Positions 1 to 13,165 of a stretch of DNA of 64,000 nt are shown here, piece by piece; within the stretch, counting starts at the first letter, position 1; each line of letters begins with the position of its first letter. Below the pieces are notes generated by a model, which had not been told where the DNA came from, searched no databases, and worked only from the letters and a program-made list of their open reading frames with translations. The translations under genes were made by a program, and so were the position numbers. Location: contig OZ024752.1 of NCBI GenBank assembly GCA_964016885.1, positions 17,360,001-17,424,000 on the forward strand, read 5' to 3'. The stretch is from Eledone cirrhosa (Eukaryota).

Positions 1-815
1 GTTTAGTTGACTGTATATCTGGACGATTTCTACATGCTGTCGAAATGTTCGATAAATACTCCATCGTAGCGACCGCGTAGGGGCTGCTTTCGGTTATTTG
101 CCGGCGATTTCTTCATGGGAGCCTTTATTCTCATAGCTTGGTCTAATTGATTTTTTATATGGTTAATTATGCTGATTGGGAGAGGAAATGGTATATATTA
201 TATCTAGTGATTCTAAAGACATGTTTTATGATATATAGCTCTGATTATTTAATTTATTAATTCTTCATTGAGCCACAACGTGACCTGTTGCAAAACACAT
301 ATATATCTATGACTTTATATATATGTAAACCTTTATATGTAATAATCTCCCGTTAGGTTGAGATACAATTTGGCTATATTGGGCTGCGCTTTCAGCAATA
401 AGCCTACCCGCCATAAGCAACTAATCACATCCTTTTTAGCTTGACCGCTGCCACGTCACGATTCTTAGCCATTTTTGACTGTATTTTTGGCGCGATCACT
501 TTGGAAAATTAAATGTCTAATTTTGAGTTCACTCCTGATGAATCCGAAGCTCTAGACAGTCCCTGTTATCGGATGTCTTAAAATACGGATGAAACCATGG
601 TAGAGGCAATTAGGTATGTACGCATTTCTTCTAAGTTTGATTTTACACCTAATTATGTTTAGTTGACTGTATATCTGGACGATTTCTGCATGCTGTCGAA
701 ATGTTCGATAAATACTCCATCGTAGCCACCGCGAAGGGGCTGCTTTCGGTTATTTGTCGGAGATTTCTTCATAGGAGCCTTTATTCTTATAGCTTGGTGT
801 AATTGATTTTTTTAT
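1..815 (+). repeat. End of a 656-bp tandem array of a non-coding hammerhead-bearing element (family A; retrozyme/PLE pLTR-like)
   Basis: gtttagttgactgtatatctgg at 1 recurs at 657. The same unit forms the array at 59271-60925. Confidence 0.85.
532..605 (+). ncRNA. Type I hammerhead ribozyme, family A
   Basis: ctc-CTGATGA-atccg...cggat-GAAA-ccatgg-TA-gag. Stem III is palindromic (ACCATGGT) and stem II is extended. Confidence 0.8.
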
Positions 816-817
816 AT

Positions 818-1460
818 GACAAAGAGCTCAGGATTTCTTCTCCTTTGAGCACATTATTTACAGGGAATAGCGAGGGCCTATGCCTCCGTTAATTTATCGT
901 GATATTTCGCTCCTAATAACAGTCTTTCCTACCTCAGTTTGGTTGAGCACACTTCTCTGAGTGGCTTTGGGCTGCCCTTTCTAGCAGTTCGTCCCCCAGA
1001 GGCCACTGGTTCACTGCCCTTAAACACGCTGTGACTTCTCCCTCCCATGTGTAGCTGGACAGTCAATTTTAAAATTCTCTTAGTGTTGTCTGAAATGTAT
1101 AGCCTTACACACGGTGATGAACCGAGGCTAACCCATTGCTTTCAACAAATTATTGGTGAAACATATCTTTGGATTAGTGTCTTTGGATTTGTACGTGTGT
1201 TATATAGTTATAGAGGTATTTATTTACGCTTTAATTTATATTTTTAATTATCATGTCTATAGTCTGCCTTTCATAAATTATAGATTCCATACACTGGTGG
1301 TTTTTTTCCCCTGTTTTATTGATAACGCACTATATATCTCTCTCTGGTGTGTTACCTTTTCAACATATTGTATTTTAAAGAGCTCAAGATTTCTTCTCCT
1401 TTGAGCACATTATTTACAGGGAATAGCGAGGGCCTATGCCTCCGTTAATTTATCGTGTTA
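818..1460 (+). mobile_element. Non-coding PLE-like unit (family B) with ~80-bp direct terminal repeats and a core-mutated hammerhead at 1107-1200
   Basis: aaagagctca(g/a)gatttcttctcc...ttatcgtg occurs at ~821-901 and ~1377-1457. Internal motif acacacg-GTGATGA-acc...ggt-GAAA-ca...tg-TA-cgtgtgt. The unit ends at (TA)n. Confidence 0.6.
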
Positions 1461-1461
1461 T

Positions 1462-1509
<48 letters not shown>

Positions 1510-1981
1510 GGGGTGGGGGTGCGCGCGTGTGTGTGAGTATGTATTTGTGAATGTGTCTGTTGACATCTGGAATATGGCTTAAGAGAAACTTGAAGATAAT
1601 GGTATGATAGGCACTCAATATTTTGAACTGGTCTATAGAATTCTCTAGGCCTTTATCACTCTAAGAAGAATTAGCTTTTAAAGAATTTCCCTTTTCTTTA
1701 AATCCATCAACCATGACTGACCACCAACGATCTTATAGACACCTGAAATATAGGCATTGTTAGCTTAAGAGAAACTTAAAAATAAGGAGTGGCACCCCAT
1801 TGTGAACTTGTTTATAGAATTCTTTCTGCCTTTGTTACTCTAAATATAAATTATAGCTTTAAAGAATTAGCTTTTAATGAATTCTCTTTTCTATCAACCA
1901 ATGACCTCTACCCATCGCACTCCCCACCTTCCCCTACCACCTGAAGAGATCTATAAATACCATATTTATTTTTTGATACCC

Positions 1982-2032
1982 AGATTCCTGATGATTTCTA
2001 AAGAATGAAACAGTTCTAGTCCTGTAGAATCT
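1982..2032 (+). ncRNA. Type I hammerhead ribozyme, family C
   Basis: agattc-CTGATGA-tttc taaa gaat-GAAA-cag ttctagtc ctg-TA-gaatct, with a 6-bp stem I. Lies in a segment bounded by (TA)n tracts at ~1466 and ~2135. Confidence 0.8.
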
Positions 2033-2129
2033 CATCTATATTAAAACTTTTATGCTCTGCTATGTATTGAGTACCTTAATTACTGTGGTTACCTCCGATT
2101 CAACCCGGAATAACGTATATATATATAAC

Positions 2130-2176
<47 letters not shown>

Positions 2177-2367
2177 GGTTTGAGGTTCACCACTGTATAG
2201 AGCTGGTCTATTCCGTATGGTCAATCGTAATGCAATAATATAGAGAGTACTCAACGTAAAGCAGTTCAACCGTCTTTGTTTTTGTAGTTGGTGGTGCTAT
2301 TACGGAGTTAAATATTATAATGAAATGACAGGAGGCTGGATTTGTGTAAATCCTTGAAAGATTTATT

Positions 2368-2425
2368 ATACTATGATCATTTCAATGACCGGGTTCCGTA
2401 TGAATCCGGTGATATCATCAGGTAT
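2368..2425 (-). ncRNA. Hammerhead ribozyme, family D (inverted copy)
   Basis: Reverse complement of 3054-3111. Confidence 0.7.
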
Positions 2426-3053
2426 TCGAAATATAATACGTGAATGTAATAGATAAAATCCATGGGGATTTTAACTTCATCCTAGAAGTCTAAACACTAT
2501 AACACACTGACTCCCAATATATTCACCTCTGCTAAGATGCGGGTCCCTGTGAACATTTTCTCGCGCCACTCCTGGCTTGACTGTGGTCTGACATTAATAT
2601 CGACCTTTCTTCCTCTTTCTTTCTATCTTCCTTCTTGTAGCCATCAACCCTTACTTTTCTACTTCTCTCTTCCCTCCCTTCTCTTCTCCCCTCCTCCTGT
2701 CTTCCTCCCGCAGACTTATCTTCCTTCCCCCTCTTGCTTGCCTATATCTGACCAGTAGTAGTTGCCTTTCTTCTTTTAGCTGACATTAACCCTGACTTCT
2801 CTTCTTCTTTCTTCCCCCTTCTTCTCTCTCCTTCCTTTCTTTCTTTTACCTTGTGTCATGAGATCGACGTTAACTTATGCTCCCATCCCTTTCTGTTTTC
2901 GTTTATCTGACCGGTAGTAGCATACTATAAACTTTAGTCACGTCACTCCAGGGCGACCGGCTGAGGTTGAAGGAACAGAATAGCGGTTGCCCTCGGGTCC
3001 TCGATTTTCAGCCCCATGGATTTTATCTATTACATTCACGTATTATATTTCGA

Positions 3054-3111
3054 ATACCTGATGATATCACCGGATTCATACGGAACCCGGTCATTGAAAT
3101 GATCATAGTAT
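3054..3111 (+). ncRNA. Type I hammerhead ribozyme, family D
   Basis: atac-CTGATGA-tatca ccgg..ccgg tcatt-GAAA-tgatca-TA-gtat. Stem III is palindromic (ATGATCAT); the base of stem II is imperfect. Confidence 0.7.
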
Positions 3112-3166
3112 AATAAACCTTTCAAGGATTTACACAAATCTAGCCTCCTCTCATTTCATTATAATA

Positions 3167-3370
<204 letters not shown>

Positions 3371-3424
3371 AAACATGAGAAGAAAGAATACTGCGTGGTT
3401 GCACATGGGTTACATATGATAAAA

Positions 3425-3826
3425 ATAGTCCTTCGTCAGTGATTTTCCAACCTTCATTGGTATTTCATCGCTTTAAAAATCATATACCTTCGGTTGGTGC
3501 GAACAATAGCTAAATAAAGCTATTGGGACAAGTAAATCGCGTAAAGCGAGCGAGACAGTAAACAACAGGGAAGGATAGCAACGCAAAGATAGGAAAAAAC
3601 AAGCAGCATGGGAATCCGGTCAGCTTAAGCTGGGTGGATTTCATGAGCGAGAGGGATATACAGACCATCCGACGTGAGTGAGATGTGAGCAAGAAGAGAA
3701 CCCACTACAGGCCAAACGGGAGGAAGTGAAAAGGGGAGAAACAGAGAGTGAGTGAGTGGAAGTGCGAGGAAGAGGCCAGTCGAGAGAAAGTGTAACTGAC
3801 AGAGGGAGCGAAAGAAGGTGAGAGAA
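3425..3826 (-). repeat. Interspersed non-coding repeat (homolog at ~24600-25130) with a truncated hammerhead 5' half (CTGAYGA-aggact) at its end
   Basis: tagtccttc(g/a)tcagtgat..ccaaccttcattggtatttcatcgcttta is shared with 24601-24650. Both copies are flanked by TA tracts. Confidence 0.6.
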
Positions 3827-3864
3827 ACATATATATATATATATATATATACATATATACATGT

Positions 3865-3936
<72 letters not shown>

Positions 3937-3949
3937 CAATATATAGAGG

Positions 3950-4500
3950 AGATAACACGAGAGAGTTTGTTTTCAATTACAGGGGTATAAGGCAACGAGA
4001 GTGAAAAATAAAAAAAAACATAATTAAAGAGATAAATTAAAATGTATAAACCCACCTTTATAACTATAAAACACCTGGACAGACTCAGAGAGAATGCATT
4101 ACCATAAACTGTGTAAGAATCATAACGACTCAGGGTTCGTCAGCAGGTTTAAATAAGGTACGTCTCCCATTTCTAAATAGACATTAGATAATTAACGTGT
4201 TGTACGTGTAGGGAGAAGGAAAATACGCGCGCCAGACAGTACATAGTGGCTCCTATGGATAAATAAACTGCCTGAAATGGCAGCTTATAACCATTCAACT
4301 GAAAAGGCGCAACAGAGAAATTAGTAAGGAGCTGAAATATCAAATGAAGCAACGGAGTTAGAGACTCGCGTGTATCCCTGTAATTAAATGAGCTGAAGGA
4401 ATAAGTACCGGGCTCTTCATAATACAGTATAGACAGGAGAAAACAGAAAAGAGTATGTTTTCAATTACAGCGCGAGTCTTTAACTCTGTTGTTTCATTTG
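3950..4500 (-). mobile_element. Diverged family-B-like element with a degenerate hammerhead (4073-4148)
   Basis: Minus strand reads acctg-CTGACGA-acc...ggt-(aatg)-ca...tg-TC-caggt. Similar to 830-1440. Short inverted repeat at 4335-4370 / 4471-4505. Confidence 0.5.
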
Positions 4501-4576
4501 ATATATATATATATATATATATATCAAATGAGTGCTCACCCGGGTGAACCTGCAGTAACTCCTAGTTACACCCACT

Positions 4577-4631
<55 letters not shown>

Positions 4632-4969
4632 CCCAGAAAAACATGGGACGAGCTGATAAATTCCGACCTCACACGCTTACACCTCTCCAAGACAATGTCA
4701 CTGGACCGAGACCTTTGGCGGTACTCAGTAATAGAGAAGACCCGCCTTACCTAAATACAAAGTAAAAACCTACTACAGTCAGTAGGCATCTCTATCAAAA
4801 CACACCCCCGTCCCACCACCTCCACCCCACCCACACCGCCCCTTTCAATGTAAAGTTATGTTGGTCCCACAACATCCAGGCCGAAACAAATGAGATCGTG
4901 TAGGTGTCACGACAAAAACACACAGTCCACGCTGTAAATGTGGCCGTGTAGGCAACACGGTAAAAACCT

Positions 4970-5150
4970 CCCAGCCCCACACTGTAAATGTGGTTGGTGT
5001 TAGGAAGGGCATCCAACTGTAGAAAACCCGCCAGACAGTCCTATGCGAGCAAGACAACCACTCTTGCCTCAAGTGGGAAAACCCCCGTCCAAACCCATGC
5101 AAGCGTGGAACACGGACGCTAAACCTGATGATGATGATGATGATGATGAT
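4970..5150 (+). mobile_element. SINE 3' portion with (ATG)n tail
   Basis: ggtgttaggaagggcatccaactgtagaaaac...catgcaagcgtggaacacggacgctaaa followed by (tga)n. Confidence 0.55.
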
Positions 5151-5289
5151 ATACAATGCAAACACCAAAACCAACCACTAGCACAACCCGAAACAACACC
5201 GCACAGACAACACATCACAACAACCAACTACATGCTAACTCCAAACAGAATCTGACCAACCGGCAATAAAACAACAACCCCATAACTCC

Positions 5290-6203
5290 CAGCTGTAACC
5301 GCAAAAAGCGGGGGGAATGCCCACTGAGCGGGAAGTGCCTCGTTTAATACATTATATACCAGTACGATGTCACAGCCGGCCGGAAGGAATACACCTATAT
5401 AGGCGCGACCTCGACTACATTTAAAGAGCGTTTGTACAACCACAAAAGCTCTTTCAACCACAGACCTAAGCGTTCCCAAACCAGTCGGGCCGATTTAATC
5501 TGGAACCTCAAAGATAGGAATCTGAAATACCAGATCAAATGGTCCGTTTGGAGACGCATGGCCCAACTTTCCAGCAGAGGAAGCCACTGCAGGTTGTGCC
5601 TGGCAGAATCGGTAGAAATCATTAAATTAAAATCGGTCATTAATTTGAGATCGGAAATCCTCATAAACTGCAGACACACCGAAAAGCATAATTCTCTGCC
5701 ATGGTATATGGGCAGTAACCACAGACCGACCAAAACTTAACCACCTGAAATTAGACAACGATAGACACAACATCCTAGTAACTGCTAACTTTATCATCGT
5801 CTCCATTACTACTGTTACGTTCATTACAATTGATGTTCTTGTTAATATTACATTGCATCCTTTATCATGTCCCTCATCACTAAACATATCACCGTATATC
5901 CACAACTCTCAACCACACTAACACATACCACATACCCTTAAGGCACACACAAACCAGCAGCGCCATGCACATCACCCCAATTGATTTCATCACTTCCATT
6001 TGTATTACCAATTTCATCACCGTTATTTAACATTACAGGGGCGGTGGATTGGCAGGTTCTTTCTATTTCAAGGTTAACGCTTGAAATAGAAGGAACATGG
6101 TCTTATCGTTTCGGTCGCTTGTCCTTCATCAAAAGAAAGTATGTTAAATAAGATAAACTGAAGGGTGAATGCAGCGATTCTTTGCATAAACTTTAATCTG
6201 TTA

Positions 6204-6210
<7 letters not shown>
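5290..6210 (+). mobile_element. 5'-truncated Penelope-like element: decayed GIY-YIG endonuclease (Naiad-like) plus 3' UTR
   Basis: Translation CNRKKRGECPLSGKCLV*YIIYQ...YIGATSTTFKERLYNHKSSF...CRLCLAE...NLRSEILINCRH. Degenerate hammerhead-like motif on the minus strand at 6101-6135. Ends at (TA)n. Confidence 0.75.
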
Positions 6211-6249
<39 letters not shown>

Positions 6250-6279
6250 ATCAAAAGATGGTTAAAAGAGTTCCAAGTA

Positions 6280-6346
6280 TTTTATTATGCGCATTTCAAA
6301 AACATATATCATCATGGGATGATATCTGCGTTCTCATCAGATAAAA
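6280..6346 (-). ncRNA. Type I hammerhead ribozyme, family E
   Basis: Minus strand: ttttat-CTGATGA-gaacgcagatatcatc ccat gatgatatatgttttt-GAAA-tgcgca-TA-ataaaa. Stem III is palindromic (ATGCGCAT). Confidence 0.75.
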
Positions 6347-6494
6347 TAGGGAGACATGAGCTGAAGCTTAAAAAACACTTGTGAGCAGCGAGGTTTTAAA
6401 TCAACATATCTTATATTAGTTATACCCCAGTCCTAGAGTGCTACTTATCCGATATTTGCATTGCTTTATTGTGCTACAATAAAATTCACCTCCT

Positions 6495-6526
<32 letters not shown>

Positions 6527-6974
6527 TTCGTTTTCTGAATTTGTTTAGCAAGATTCTTTATCTGAAAACGTGTGTTGAAACCGATATTGTTATACTTTGG
6601 GAGGGTCATGTTGCCAATAAGAAACACACGTACCAGTTGCTTTCACTCCAATTTATTATAAATCAAGAAATTTTTTCAAAAAAAAAAAAAAGAATTTATG
6701 TAAAAGAATTTATTTTTTATTTTTTTTTTTTTAAATTTATAAATTTCCGGTTGGTTGGTTCCACAACCGGATGGTTGTTCATATATTGTCAAAGTTATTT
6801 CGTCACACATTGTGTGACCTCTTCAGTGACTGGCGATTTCTTTCTTTGTTTTGTGCCAGTCCTTTGTTCCGTCCTACGCCATCTTGTTTTTGTATATATA
6901 GTAATAATAATAAATTTGAATAATTCTTTGCTTAAACTTTAATCTGTTATTTTAATAAATAAATAAATAAATAA

Positions 6975-7139
<165 letters not shown>

Positions 7140-7287
7140 TAACAGATTAAAGTTTAAGCAAAGCCGCAATTCTTTGCTTAAACTTAATGTGTTATTTTAA
7201 ATATTTGCTCTAGGGTTCTTATATATTTGATATATATTTATGCTTATCGAGCCCTCTTTGGAGTTTAGTCTTCTCATTTATTATTAT

Positions 7288-7354
<67 letters not shown>

Positions 7355-7355
<1 letters not shown>

Positions 7356-7950
7356 TATAAAGCATGTCCATAGAATCATTCGATAATATATATACACCAT
7401 TTCCTCTCCCAATTAGCATAATCAACCACACAAAAAAACAATTAAACCAGGCTATAAGATTAAAAGCACCTATGAAGAAATTGTAGATAGATAAACGACA
7501 GCCATCTATTAGCGATCAACCGCTATAGAATATTTACCCAACATTTCAATAGCACGTGGAAATCGATTAAATATACCTTCAACCATACACAATTAGGTAT
7601 AAAATTAAAGTTAGAAGAAAAAATGCATATACACATACCAGGATTACGTTTCTACCCTTAGGGTTTCGTTCGCTTTCGGAAATATCCTATCAAGGATAAA
7701 TTCTCGAGCTTCGAACTCATCAGGAAACAAACTCACTTGGACAAAGATTTTTCTTAAATGATCCCCGCCAGAAACGAATTCAAAATGGCTAAGAACTGTG
7801 ACGTGGCAGTGGTCAAGTCAGAAAGAATGTGATTGGTGCCTTACGACGAGTGGGCTAGTTGCTAGAAAGCGCAGCCCAATATTGCCCAAATTGCATCTCA
7901 ACCTTATGGGAGATTATCAAATATAAAGATTTACATATACACAAACTATA
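7355..7950 (-). mobile_element. Diverged single copy of the family A unit
   Basis: Reverse complement aligns along the 656-bp unit (e.g. aaaatggctaagaa..gtgacgtggcag.ggtcaag; gaaagcgcagcccaatat). TA tracts on both sides. Confidence 0.8.
7648..7728 (-). ncRNA. Type I hammerhead ribozyme, family A variant with compensatory changes
   Basis: gtttc-CTGATGA-gttcg...cgaac-GAAA-ccc taa ggg-TA-gaaac. All three stems pair. Confidence 0.9.
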
Positions 7951-8650
7951 TATATATATATGTGTGTGTGTGTATATATGTGTAGATATGTGTATGTGCG
8001 TGTGTATATGTAAGTGTATGTATGTGTGAGTGTGTGTATGTGTGTGTATGAATATGTATGTGGGCTGTAATTATCTATACATGTAGGGAAGTGAATATGT
8101 GACCAAGCATGTCGCTCCACCCACACATCCCCTCCCAAACCAATATCACCATCGTACATTTCTGACAAATATTCCCAAACTATCCTGAATTTTCTCTTTG
8201 CTGTCATCCCATTCTTATCAAAAGACAAGTATCTTACACCTCATTAAAACCCCCCCACCACCAGACAAACACCTAAATTCATCTTTAATATAGAAAATTG
8301 TAGAAGTTATTCTTCATAAATTTAAGGTAGTTGATTCAGCTATAAGAAAAGAATTTGAAAAACATCCTGCCATTATATTCATCACAGGTCATTTATTGAA
8401 ATGTAACCCGCAGGAGGAGACTTTTACAGTCCCTTTCCTAAACAGTCTTTAAACAACCCAACACCACTCCCAATTATCTTGCTGTTACCATTCACTATTT
8501 TCTGTATATGTATCTGTTAGACACGCAGTGACTAACAACAGAATGTTTTAAGTCTGCATGTTGTATGAAAATATATGCGTAGTTTGTGAATAAAAGATTC
8601 AAGGGGTATTGCTGGCCGTGGCGATTCCTTCCAAACATGTTTTGTAATGT

Positions 8651-8815
8651 ATCGTCTTATTGGCTAATTTCATCGTCTTATTGGCTAATCAACCAATGAG
8701 AGTAATTGTTGCTCAAAAGCGTTTTGTTTGCACGTTTATTTATCGTTTCGCTTTCGAATCTTCCTCATGTATTTTGTCGTTTTATCATCAAAATATTTTT
8801 CTCGTTTTGGTAAGT
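8651..8815 (+). promoter_or_regulatory. Possible CCAAT-box promoter and non-coding first exon
   Basis: ATTGG at 8659 and 8680 (21-bp tandem duplication), CCAAT at 8693, local CpGs, and a consensus donor G|GTAAGT at 8810. Confidence 0.25.
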
Positions 8816-9219
8816 TATATTGTTAATTTATATATGAATTTTTAAATTTATATTAACTATTTTTTTTCAGTTCGTTATAACATGCTTAGAATATTGGTTG
8901 TATCATATTTACTTGTATATATGTCCATATTATTGTTCGTTTTATGTTAGATTATTTTATTATTATTATGTTAGATTATTTTTTTATTATTATGTTAGAC
9001 TATTTGTATGTAATATTTAATTTTTATTAATTCAACTATAACAATTATTATGTAAAATATATTTATTTAATATTGATTGTTTTTTGTAGTTGTTTATATT
9101 AAAAGTCTCAAAATATTTTTATACATCTTACAATAATATTTATAAGATCATTTATAAAATAACAATTATATAAACTAATTACATTACAACAATAATTTAT
9201 TATTAATATATATCATTAA

Positions 9220-9410
9220 GGGCGGTGAATTGGCAGTATCGGTAGAGGGTTGGACGCCATGCTTTCTAGCATAGTTACGTCCCTTTACGGTTTGAGTTCA
9301 AATCCCGCTGAGGTTAACTTTGCCTTTCATCCTTACGGGGTCGATAAAATAAAGTACCAGTAATGTACTGGTAATTTGCTGGCCTTGTGCCTAAAGTAGA
9401 AACAATTATT
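9220..9410 (+). mobile_element. tRNA-derived SINE with Nin/Deu-type core
   Basis: A box tggcagtatcgg, B box gagttcaaatcc, core gcctttcatccttacggggtcgataaaataaagtaccag. Confidence 0.85.
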
Positions 9411-9744
9411 AATATATATCATGTTTAACTAGAATTATTACAAGCGTTGCCTTAAAAAGATATTAAACTAGACCTGAAAAATGCGCAAGCTCAAAAGAGC
9501 CACAACATGTTATAATAAAATTTCAAAAGTGTGGGACTAGAGTTGTTGCTCAAAAATATTGTAATCATTATCTATCGTACACTCTGTGGCATCCTTTTAT
9601 AAAAAAAGAGACTCATAACGAACTCAAGATGACACGATAATTATTTAAGTGAATTTATAATATAGAATTCGGTTTAAGTGCATTTCGTATTAATCATTAC
9701 TAAACATCTAATATGAGATATTGAACATTAGCTTAAATAATTAT

Positions 9745-12050
9745 CGTGTCGTTGTGAGGCGGCGAGATGTACAGGATCTGTGCAGTGTTCGTGTGATGCG
9801 TGGGGCAGAGTGTTGGACCGACCATCGTCTGGTGAGAGCAAGAGCAAGATGTGTAGTTCGTAAAAGGGAGAAACGGCGAGGGGTATCACTTCCGAAACGG
9901 CTGAACGTTGCCCGTCTGAAGGATCCTGAAGTCAGAGAAAATCTGGTTAAAAAGATGAATGCGTTAGAGTGCGGAAATGACTGGACTTCCTTTAAGGAGG
10001 CAGTTTATGGGGCATGTGCTGATGTTGTTGGATTCACGGATAAGAAGCATCAGGATTGGTTTGACCAAAATGACAAGCTTATAGACAAGCTTTTGGAGGA
10101 GAAATATATGCTCCACTCCGCATTGCTTGGTAGTGATTTAAGTACCGATCGGCAGAAGGCAATCGCTGATAAGCTGAAGCTCGTAAAAGCTGATGTGCAA
10201 CGAAAATTGCGTGAAATGAAGAATAAATGGTGGAATGACAAAGCCGATGAAATACAACTTGCGTCGGATGTGAAGGACGTTAAGGCAATGTATAATCTTC
10301 TTCGTGAAGTGTATGGACCACCTACATCACCAGTTGCGCCTCTTAGGACAAAGGATGGCAATCAGCTCCTTAGAGATCCCAATGATATCCTGTTGAGATG
10401 GCGGGAACACTTTGACGAGCTTCTCAATAGGGATTCAGAGGTTGACGAAGAGTTTATCAGGTCCATACCTGATAAGCCAGTAAAGGAAATCCTTGCTGAG
10501 CCTCCAACGATCGAGGAGGTTAAAAGTTCTGTCAGGAAACTCAACGGTGGGAAGTCGTCCGGATTGGATGGGCTGTATGCTGAGATCTTGAAGCACGGTG
10601 GAGAGAATCTCTTGCACCGACTTCATTCTTTGGTTCTGGATGCCTGGAACAACAATCATGTTCCCAATGACTGGAAGGATGCTGTGATGGTTGTTTTGTA
10701 CAAGGGAAAGGGAGACAGGGATAACTGCGGAAACTATCGTGGAATATCACTGTTGTATGTTGTCGGCAAAGTAGTTCTCTGTAGAATTCTGTTGGGCTGT
10801 TTGTTGCTCCACATTGCTGATGAAACTCTACCAGAGTCGCAGTCGGGCTTTTGGGCTGGGCGTGGCACTGTGGACATGATCTTTACAGCCAGACAACTGC
10901 AGGAAAAGTGTGTTGAGCAAAATATGGATCTCTACCAGGTGTTTGTTGGTCTGACAAAGGCGTTTGACACGGTCAACAGAAAGGCTTTATGGGATATCTT
11001 GAGGAAGCTGGGGTGCCCTGAGAATTTTTTTTTCCATTTTGCGTTTGTTTCATGATGACATGAAGGCATAGGTAAATGTTGGTGGAAAGTTCTCTGAGCC
11101 GGTGACGGTCGAGAATGGAGTCAAACAGGGTGACATTCCAGCTCCAACGCTCTTTGCTTTTTACTTCTCCATTGTCTTCGAACAGGCCTTCGGGAACTGC
11201 AATCATGGTATATATGTTCGCTATCGATCAACTGTAAAGCTGTTTAATACCAGGAGGTTCAATGCTAAGTCAAAGGTTCACTTGTCTCTAATCAGGGATT
11301 TGCTTTATGCAGATGACTGTGACCTGGTAGCGCACACTGAGATTGATATGCAGCATCTCATGGATGCATTTTCTAATGCGTGTACTGCATTGGGACTTAC
11401 CATAAGCCTGAAAAAGACAGTAGCCATGTACCAACCAGCCCCTGGGAAGCCATGTTGTGAGCGCAACATCTTGGTTTATGGTGAAAGGCTAAGGGTCGTT
11501 GGCAGTTTTGTATATCTTGGAAGCACTCTGAGTATGTCCTGCGATCTTGATGGGGAAATATCAAACAGGATACAGAAAGCCAGTGATGCTTTTGGAAAAC
11601 TGAACAAGCGTCTCTGGTCTCAACATGGAATTTCGGTAAAGACAAAGCTCAAAGTATCATGCGTGTGTGCTCGCGGCACTTCTTTATGCTTGTGAGACGT
11701 GGGTGGTCTACCGTAGACAGATGAAGCGACTTGAGAGGTTCCACCAGTACTGCTTACGTCGGATCCTCGGCATAACTTGGCAAATGTTTGTCAGTGACGT
11801 CGAGGTTCTGGACAGAAGTGGCTGTGATAGTGTCAAGTCCTTGATTTTGAAACATCAGCTGCGTTGGACAGGCCATCTTATAAGGATGAATGACAAGCGA
11901 ATGCCGAAGCAGCTGCTTTATGGCGAGCTCCAAATGGGGAAAAGGAACGCGAGCAAACCCAAGATGCGTTTTAAGGACTGCATCAAGGGGGCGCTCAAGA
12001 AAAGTAACATCCCTTGTGAGCACTGGGAAGCATGCGCTAGCGACCGATCG
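9745..12050 (+). mobile_element. RTE (BovB-like) LINE, 5'-truncated and frameshifted; APE C-terminus plus RT
   Basis: [57 protein letters not shown]. Frameshifts near 11025 and 11660. Confidence 0.95.
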
Positions 12051-13025
12051 CTTCCCACCTACATTAGTGATCCCCTCTGGCTTCTCAACATTCTTTACTA
12101 CATATTTTGTTTTAGTCTCATTCATTATCAGCCCCACACTCATCGACACAGTCTCAACCTCCTGCATCAAATCCTCTGCCTCCTTCACTGTATTTGTCAC
12201 CAAAACTATGTCGTCGGCAAATTCAGCATCCGATATCTTTTTCGCCTTAACTCTCCTGCTCTGAGCCGGTGTTACAGTAAAGCCAGAGTCCTGGTGTTTC
12301 TCCAGTGCAAGGCGCATACAATAGTCCACTATGATGATAAAAATATCAGGTAGATCAGGCGGCTGTTTGAAGAACTGGATATTGAGACAGAGCCCTTCAC
12401 CAGAGAGGAGCTTCAGAGAGCCAAGAAGATCAAGGAGGGCAAGGCTCATGGAGAAGATGGAGTGGCATCAGAGGTAATGAAGAGGTGTGATTTTGATGAT
12501 ATCATCCTGGGGTTCTGTAACCAGGCACTGGATAAAGGAGTTGCCCCGAATCAGTGGAGGATCAGTGGCATCGTCCCAGTGCCAAAGAAGGGAGATCTCT
12601 CTGGCACCAACAACTACCGGGGGATCTCACTGACGTCACTTGTGGCAAAGACCCTCAACAGGATGATTCTTAACAGGATCCAGCCTGAGATGAAGAAGAA
12701 GCTCAGGGACAACCAGAACGACTTCAGAGCAGGAAGATCAACCACCAGTCACATCCTGATGCTGAGGAGGATATTAGAGGGAGCTAGAGCAAAGTGCCTT
12801 CCTGCGGTCATGGTTTTCATTGACTTTAGGAAGGCCTTTGATTTTGTGGACCGTCACTGCCTGATGAAGATCTTACAGGCTTCAGGAATCCCAAAGAAGA
12901 TAGTGGACCTGATATCACTGCTCTACACCAACACCAAAGCCCAAGTCATTACACCTGATGGGAGTTCTTTGAGATACTGGCTGGAGTGCTCCAGGGAGAT
13001 ACATTGGCTCCTTATCATCGTAGTG
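12051..13025. mobile_element. Inverted two-part fragment of the second RTE family, nested in the first RTE
   Basis: 12051-12343 is the reverse complement of ~45746-46037. 12343-13025 matches ~45071-45762 forward. Confidence 0.9.
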
Positions 13026-13084
13026 AACTTTTTATGTATGTCTATTTATCTATCTATTGATGTACGCATATATATATATATATA

Positions 13085-13165
13085 ATTATTTCTATTTTTG
13101 GCACAAGGCAAGCAATTATCTCAGTGCATTACTGATACTTTATTTTGTCGACCCCGTAAGGATAA
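13085..13165 (-). mobile_element. Nin/Deu SINE 3' fragment
   Basis: Reverse complement of the 3' half of 9220-9410. Confidence 0.7.

Noticed and set aside
5125-5150. CTGATGA motif
   Set aside because: Start of an (ATG)n SINE tail; no pairing stems.
11754-12449. 231-aa ORF as a novel gene
   Set aside because: A chimera of an inverted RTE fragment and antisense RTE sequence.
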